Source: an uncultured Nitrososphaerales archaeon
GTDB lineage: Archaea; Thermoproteota; Nitrososphaeria; Nitrososphaerales; Nitrososphaeraceae
Direction: 5' to 3'
Assembly: GCA_963695855.1 (NCBI GenBank)
Contig: CAVOHZ010000010.1
Location: forward strand, 352,001 to 416,000
DNA length: 64,000 nucleotides
A model generated the notes under the pieces. That model was not told where the DNA came from. It ran no database searches and saw only the letters and a list, made by a program, of their open reading frames with translations. Made by a program: the position numbers and the translations under genes. Of this stretch, positions 58,793 to 64,000 are shown piece after piece (position 1 is the stretch's first letter; each line of letters begins with the position of its first letter).

Positions 58793-59689
58793 ATGCTTAC
58801 AATTTTTGGCACAATTGCTCTTGATACAACAAGAACTCATACAAGAACTGTAACAAGAATAATGGGAGGTGCTGCTACGTATTCATCTCTATCTGCATCG
58901 AAGTATGTGTCTACTAATATAGTTGGGATAATCGGTTCCGATTTTCCAATGAAATATAGGAAAATTTTGAATAATAATGTCAATACAAAAGGGATTGTGA
59001 TAAAAAAGAATGGAAAGACTTTCCATTATGATTCGTCATTTGACGAAACATTGACCATTAGAACATCAAACAAGACTGAATTGAATGTGATCGAAAATTT
59101 TCAACCTGTAATTCCAGAAGAATATATTGATTCAAAATTTATTTTTCTTGCCAACAACGATCCTGTTCAAAATATGAAAATGCTTGATTTATTTAGTGAC
59201 CCACAAATGGTTGTATGTGATACTATTGAATATTGGATTCATAATAAATTTGATGAAGTCGTGGAAATGATGAAAAGGGTAAATGGAATTATAATAGATG
59301 CACAAGAAGCACGTTTGCTCACTAAAGAGCATAATTTGATAAAATGTGCGAAGAAAATAAGAGAGATGGTAAGAGATTTTGTAATTATCAAAAAAGGAGA
59401 ACATGGTTCCATGTTGTTTTATAATGATATCATTTTTTTATCACCCGCATTTCCGATCGAAATCGTGGTCGACCCCACAGGCGCAGGTGATTGTTTTGCA
59501 GGTGGATTTTTAGGTTATCTTGCAAAGAATAGAAAGATAAGTGAAAAAGCCATGAAAGAGGGTGCGGTTTATGGAAATATAATGGGATCGTTCGTTGTAG
59601 AAGATTATGGAGTGAACAGAATGATAGACTTGACAAATAAAGATATTGAGGAAAGAGTTTATTTGTATAAGAGGTTTGTCGATCTGTAA
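58793..59689 (+). CDS. PfkB-family sugar kinase
   Basis: GTIALD, GGAATY, KKGEHG, VVDPTGAGDCFAGG; start set at ATG 58793. Confidence 0.9.
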   Translation: MLTIFGTIALDTTRTHTRTVTRIMGGAATYSSLSASKYVSTNIVGIIGSDFPMKYRKILNNNVNTKGIVIKKNGKTFHYDSSFDETLTIRTSNKTELNVIENFQPVIPEEYIDSKFIFLANNDPVQNMKMLDLFSDPQMVVCDTIEYWIHNKFDEVVEMMKRVNGIIIDAQEARLLTKEHNLIKCAKKIREMVRDFVIIKKGEHGSMLFYNDIIFLSPAFPIEIVVDPTGAGDCFAGGFLGYLAKNRKISEKAMKEGAVYGNIMGSFVVEDYGVNRMIDLTNKDIEERVYLYKRFVDL

Positions 59690-59781
59690 TAACAAGTCTT
59701 TCGTTTTTAAATTGTTTTTATTTTTTACCTTTTAAAATTACAAAATAAATTCTATCAACTAGTCTGAATTAATTTACGTAC

Positions 59782-60624
59782 TTAGTTTGTCACATGTGTA
59801 TATTGAAATCGTTTGTTTTTTCTAATTTCTTTTAAAAGATAATCAGTTTTTTGTATGGGACTTTTAGAGTGCAAGATGAATCTGCCCACGATTAAATAAT
59901 CGGCTCCGGAATTGATTGTCTTGGTTAGATTTCCTCCTTGATTTAATAATCCTGGAGAATAAATTGGTATTTCTGCTCTGTCTAAAGTTGATATTTCCTT
60001 TATTATTTCCGTTCTCGTAGCACCAATAACAAACCCATCAGCATTGCTGGATTTACCATAATTATAAAATAGATTATAAATGTACATAAATTTATTTTTG
60101 TTTGAATGTTTTTCACATTTATGGAATATCGAATCGGGCAGATTTGAGGTTACGATCTTTAACCCATATCCTTCTATTGCACCGGGATGACTCATAAACA
60201 ACAGACAGATAACACCGAAGTTAGAAGAATGAGCATAATCAATGAGAGATTTGGTCTCGGTAATTCCTATAAATGGATTCATTATTACTGCGTCAAATCC
60301 CAAATCGCATAATCTGTTAACCGTTATCTTATTAGTATTTTCAATATCATTTAGTTTTATGTCTGCGATTACCTGAAGATTATTTTCTCGTGCAAATTTG
60401 TTTAAATCTAATATCTCTTTCCTTGATAAAGATAAAAGTAAATGAAAATTGACTTTCAGTGCACACAACTTTTCCCCTAAGTCTGAAATTAAAATATTGC
60501 ATCTTTGAAATAATGAATCATCAATACCCTCAAAATCTAATGCAAGGATAAGCGGACTTTGCTTTTCTAAAGATGAATAACGTATTCGAGATCGATATGG
60601 TTCTGAATAATTATTCATCATCAT
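59782..60624 (-). CDS. pyrF: Orotidine-5'-phosphate decarboxylase
   Basis: ILALD, ADIKLNDIENT, MSHP, SPG..QGG, LIVGR. Confidence 0.92.
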   Translation of the reverse strand: MMMNNYSEPYRSRIRYSSLEKQSPLILALDFEGIDDSLFQRCNILISDLGEKLCALKVNFHLLLSLSRKEILDLNKFARENNLQVIADIKLNDIENTNKITVNRLCDLGFDAVIMNPFIGITETKSLIDYAHSSNFGVICLLFMSHPGAIEGYGLKIVTSNLPDSIFHKCEKHSNKNKFMYIYNLFYNYGKSSNADGFVIGATRTEIIKEISTLDRAEIPIYSPGLLNQGGNLTKTINSGADYLIVGRFILHSKSPIQKTDYLLKEIRKNKRFQYTHVTN

Positions 60625-61315
60625 TAATCACAAGAGGGTGTTCTTGGACTAGATGTACTACTTTTAGATATATGTATCCGTGTTCTTCTGTGTTATTTGT
60701 AAATATTGGTTTTTCAGATTTCTGGCTAGAATATTTTAGAAAATTGCCAGGTTCAAATTCTATATCCAAGTAATAATAATAAGTTAAACTATCATTATCC
60801 ATAAAATTTAATGATGACCCAATTGAGTATTTTCCATTCTTTTTATTCCTGAATGCAAAAATGGGCAATGGCGGTTCGTCATAAATAGTCTTATACGCGG
60901 CAACTTTTGCGAGGCTTGACAGGTCACGTAATTTTATTTTTGTATATGCCAGCTTTTTGCTCTTTCTTGAACTCTTTTCCATAACTGAGGGTAATTTTTC
61001 TATGTTAATGATTGGAGAATAAACATAGAGTGGATTTGAGGCAGTTTCAACTGGAAAGACAGTTTCAGTTGAACTTGTACATCTATATGCAAGGTACTGA
61101 TATGATGGTGATTGTACGCTACTTTGATCCTCAGGATATTTTACAAAATAGATTACAGGAATACCGCCAATGAATTCGGTTTGTACAGAAAAAATATGTA
61201 CATCCTTAAGATGAACGGAAAATAAAGGTAGAGGAGAGCGCTCTAAAGCGCAAACAAGTCTACCAAAATTATTTAAATTTAATATTTCAACGTAGAACGG
61301 TGATTTTAATTCCAA
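60611..61315 (-). CDS. Hypothetical protein with internally duplicated domain
   Basis: 234 aa; two similar halves (LGRL/LAKV...PLPLF/PLPIF...YLAY/FLKY...PII/KVV); overlaps pyrF start. Confidence 0.75.
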   Translation of the reverse strand: MELKSPFYVEILNLNNFGRLVCALERSPLPLFSVHLKDVHIFSVQTEFIGGIPVIYFVKYPEDQSSVQSPSYQYLAYRCTSSTETVFPVETASNPLYVYSPIINIEKLPSVMEKSSRKSKKLAYTKIKLRDLSSLAKVAAYKTIYDEPPLPIFAFRNKKNGKYSIGSSLNFMDNDSLTYYYYLDIEFEPGNFLKYSSQKSEKPIFTNNTEEHGYIYLKVVHLVQEHPLVINDDE

Positions 61316-61620
61316 GCAACTATCTTCAAAGATGTAGGTAATTAATATTTATGCAAAATTTCCTAGTTGAGATGAAATTTACTCCTGGTCAGCCATTCGC
61401 AGAATTTTTTCTCTGTTTATGATTTACTTATTTAAATTTATCTAAATTTTACTATTGCTCTAGAATATTAAAATTCAAAATTTAGAATGGATCAGAATTT
61501 TACAATCAATTTCTATCTTTGTCAGATGAAAATGGTCAGAATTTTAGCTTTAGTTATCTATTAAAAGTATAAAGTACCTAATACGATAAGGAAATAAACT
61601 TGAAGTGCCAACTACTAGAT

Positions 61621-61944
61621 ATGACAAATTGTAATGATTGTGGTACTGAACTTCCTTTAAACTCAAAATTCTGTCTTAATTGCGGAACACAAATAGGAAT
61701 AAAAAAAGATGTCTACCAAGTCTCAGGAGAAAATCTTATCGGAAAGGTTAAAGAGATGATGCAGGCTGCAAATGTTAGGAAAATTATAGTAAAAGATGAA
61801 AAGGGTAAGGTAATGCTTTCCATTCCAATTACTTGGGGTACAGCTGGTATCGTAGCAACAATTGCGTTGGCACCGTGGCTTGCTGCATTAGGGGTTATTG
61901 CAGGTTTTGTAACGAGATGCACAGTAGAGGTAGAAAAAGCCTAA
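61621..61944 (+). CDS. Zinc-ribbon + DUF4342 domain protein
   Basis: CNDCG...FCLNCG; LIGKVKEM..ANVRKIIVK...IPIT...LAALG...CTVEVEK. Confidence 0.88.
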   Translation: MTNCNDCGTELPLNSKFCLNCGTQIGIKKDVYQVSGENLIGKVKEMMQAANVRKIIVKDEKGKVMLSIPITWGTAGIVATIALAPWLAALGVIAGFVTRCTVEVEKA

Positions 61945-62100
61945 ATGTTAGGATAAAAGTGGAATTTCTTTTTAAAGATTAAATCAAAAAGAGACAGTAT
62001 TATTATCCTCATATGATCTTATGATATATTTTTGAGTTTATAAGCAATTAAATGATTATCAATATATTGTTGGCTTGTAGATTTATCAACGATATTTATA

Positions 62101-62661
62101 ATGAATGGTGGTGGCGACAATGACGGTAGGATCAGAGAAATTATAAATAACAGTATCCAATATCTTCAAATTTATCTTGACAACTTAAATGATGGTCAAA
62201 AAATTGCAAGTTCCAAAAATATGGAAAATAATAAAAAACCAATTATAAAACAAAATGAGAAAAATGAAAAAAATAAAAGTTATTGTAATTATCAACATGC
62301 AATTCAAACTCCAAAGACAAAGACAAAGACGAACAATCCCGTAAATAATAAAATAATATATGAACAAGAAAAAACTGTGAATGAGAATGAATACAATATA
62401 TGGAAAGCATACAGCTGGATTGAATATTCTATACTGCAGCTCAGATTAAAAAAATACAATTTAATGGATACTTATTCCACTGATAAGATCGCTAGTAAAA
62501 AAAATAGTAGAAAGATTGTAGATAATAAAAAGGTGGTTATCGAATTAAAGCAACACTTGCAAAATTTGGATTATGATAATCATGAATCTCTTTTAAATAA
62601 TTTAAGAGAAATCAGAAATAATTTAAAGATAATCGTAAAAAAAACAACGCTTAAAAGATAA
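62101..62661 (+). CDS. Hypothetical protein
   Basis: 186-aa ORF with Asn/Lys-rich inserts around a WKAYSWIEYSILQLRL core. Confidence 0.6.
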   Translation: MNGGGDNDGRIREIINNSIQYLQIYLDNLNDGQKIASSKNMENNKKPIIKQNEKNEKNKSYCNYQHAIQTPKTKTKTNNPVNNKIIYEQEKTVNENEYNIWKAYSWIEYSILQLRLKKYNLMDTYSTDKIASKKNSRKIVDNKKVVIELKQHLQNLDYDNHESLLNNLREIRNNLKIIVKKTTLKR

Positions 62662-62787
62662 ATTGGTTGGTATTCCTATTTTTCAAGTTTATTATTAATT
62701 AGGCCGGGACGCTATTCTTTTTCTATAGATAACACGTATAGTATAGATTGTTGAAGTATGTCTGAATTATTGAATAATTTTGTAATC

Positions 62788-63792
62788 CTATTTCCTTCTA
62801 TCTATCACAGCATTTACGTCCGCACCGGTTCCAATTAGAACTACCTTAAGACCCAGTTCTGACTCGATGTTTTCAATAAAATTTCGTGCATCGATTGAAA
62901 GTTTTGTATATTCCGTAATTCCTGCAGTCTGAGGGTATAAAACATCCATTTTTGTTATAGCAAGACTAGTTGCACCATTGAGACGAATCGCTTTCTTTGC
63001 CATCTCGATATTAAAGGGTGACGACCTCCGTTCCCGTCCAGTAACACTTCCAAATTCCAACCATCCTCGCTTGACAGCCTCATCTCTATTCAATTCATTT
63101 TCTAATGGACCTGCACCTACTCTGGTAACATAAGATTTGAATACGACCAAGACGTCATCTACATTTTTTGGACCAATGCCCACATCCGCACATATAGAGG
63201 ATGCAGTTACATCTTTTGATGTGACGAATGGATAGCCACCGTGAAATAGTGAGAGAAAAGTTCCTTGTGTCCCTTCTATAAGAACATCTTCTTTTTTGTC
63301 CAAATGGTAATGGATCATCGAGCTAACATCAGAAATATAATCTTTTAATTCATCCTGATCCTTGGCTAATGTTAATATTCGTAAAGCTCTGTCGGAATTT
63401 GCAGGTCCAGTACCTGTACCAGTCGTTCCTATATTATTTTTCAAATGGTTTGTAGAAAGATCCTTTCGAATATGTTCTTTGGAAATTATACCGCAATTTC
63501 CATCAATAAAGGTTCTTTTGTGTGCATTAAATGATGTAATTTCTTGAATCAATACTTCGGGATTAACTAAAACCCCTGCACCAATTGCCAATTTCGTCTT
63601 TGTATTGAGAGCAGCACTAGGCAGCATCCTAACTTTGAATGTCTTGTCACCCACTACAAAGGTATGACCGGCGTTGGGTCCCACTCCACCTCTTGCTGCA
63701 AGACTAGTATTATCCTTATTTACAATATAAGCTACAATCTTTCCTTTACCTTCGTCGCCAAAAAATCCGCCGACAACTACAATACATCCCAT
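62788..63792 (-). CDS. purA: Adenylosuccinate synthetase (short archaeal type)
   Basis: GDEGKGK, GPNAGHT, IGTTGTGTGP, EGTQG, YPFVTS, SYVTRVGAGP, GSVTGRERR. Confidence 0.97.
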   Translation of the reverse strand: MGCIVVVGGFFGDEGKGKIVAYIVNKDNTSLAARGGVGPNAGHTFVVGDKTFKVRMLPSAALNTKTKLAIGAGVLVNPEVLIQEITSFNAHKRTFIDGNCGIISKEHIRKDLSTNHLKNNIGTTGTGTGPANSDRALRILTLAKDQDELKDYISDVSSMIHYHLDKKEDVLIEGTQGTFLSLFHGGYPFVTSKDVTASSICADVGIGPKNVDDVLVVFKSYVTRVGAGPLENELNRDEAVKRGWLEFGSVTGRERRSSPFNIEMAKKAIRLNGATSLAITKMDVLYPQTAGITEYTKLSIDARNFIENIESELGLKVVLIGTGADVNAVIDRRK

Positions 63793-63930
63793 AAAAGGTA
63801 GTAAAAATCTTCTATATTTATTTCATGATTTAAAGGACAGAAGATATATTCTTCGTAGCATACCGGCTTTTTATTTTCAAAAAGCCTTAAAAGGAATTAC
63901 ATATATTAGCAAAGGCAGTTAATATTTTTA

Positions 63931-64000
63931 GTGTCTGCAACTCCCCAAACAACTGAAAATGTTATAGAGATTCTAGCTAATCTGCAAGTTTTTTTACGAA
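63931..64000 (+). CDS. Possible 5' end of a gene running off the window
   Basis: GTG at 63931, frame open to the window end (MSATPQTTENVIEILANLQVFLR); TATA-like ATATATTA at 63901-63908. Confidence 0.35.
   Translation, partial: MSATPQTTENVIEILANLQVFLR

Noticed and set aside
42-63547. Many 60-160-aa track ORFs overlapping real genes (e.g. 3924-4307, 5917-6201, 10028-10345, 20560-20745, 46097-46582)
   Set aside because: Antisense or alternate-frame shadows of well-supported genes, with no motifs

Overview
AT-rich archaeal chromosomal window. Gene content (rpl15e, rps8e, rps25e, Gar1, SRP19, Rpo6, TFB, aCPSF1, cofE, geranylgeranyl reductase, intron-containing tRNA-Ala, many TTG/GTG starts ~25-30 bp after a TATA box) points to an ammonia-oxidising Nitrososphaerota, probably Nitrososphaeraceae and Nitrosocosmicus-like (inference). 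It is mostly housekeeping genes. Five things stand out. (1) A ycaO-tfuA thioamidation pair lies head-to-head with a 58-aa 'leader-only' NHLP-clan protein, in a 5-kb interval flanked by decayed DNA. (2) Two otherwise unrelated genes 16 kb apart end in a 354-bp, ~98%-identical 7Fe-ferredoxin module. (3) A stress/dormancy-like cluster (pncAB, wHTH-CBS, Hsp20, CBS, RHH, SnoaL) has a TTGCAnTGCAA element just upstream of four TATA boxes. (4) The wHTH domain of the CBS protein is only made if translation starts at a non-canonical ATA/ATC/ATT codon. (5) A 49-aa C2H2-type microprotein is missing from the ORF track. No CRISPR array, rRNA or intact mobile element was seen. Product calls come from motif recognition, not database searches.
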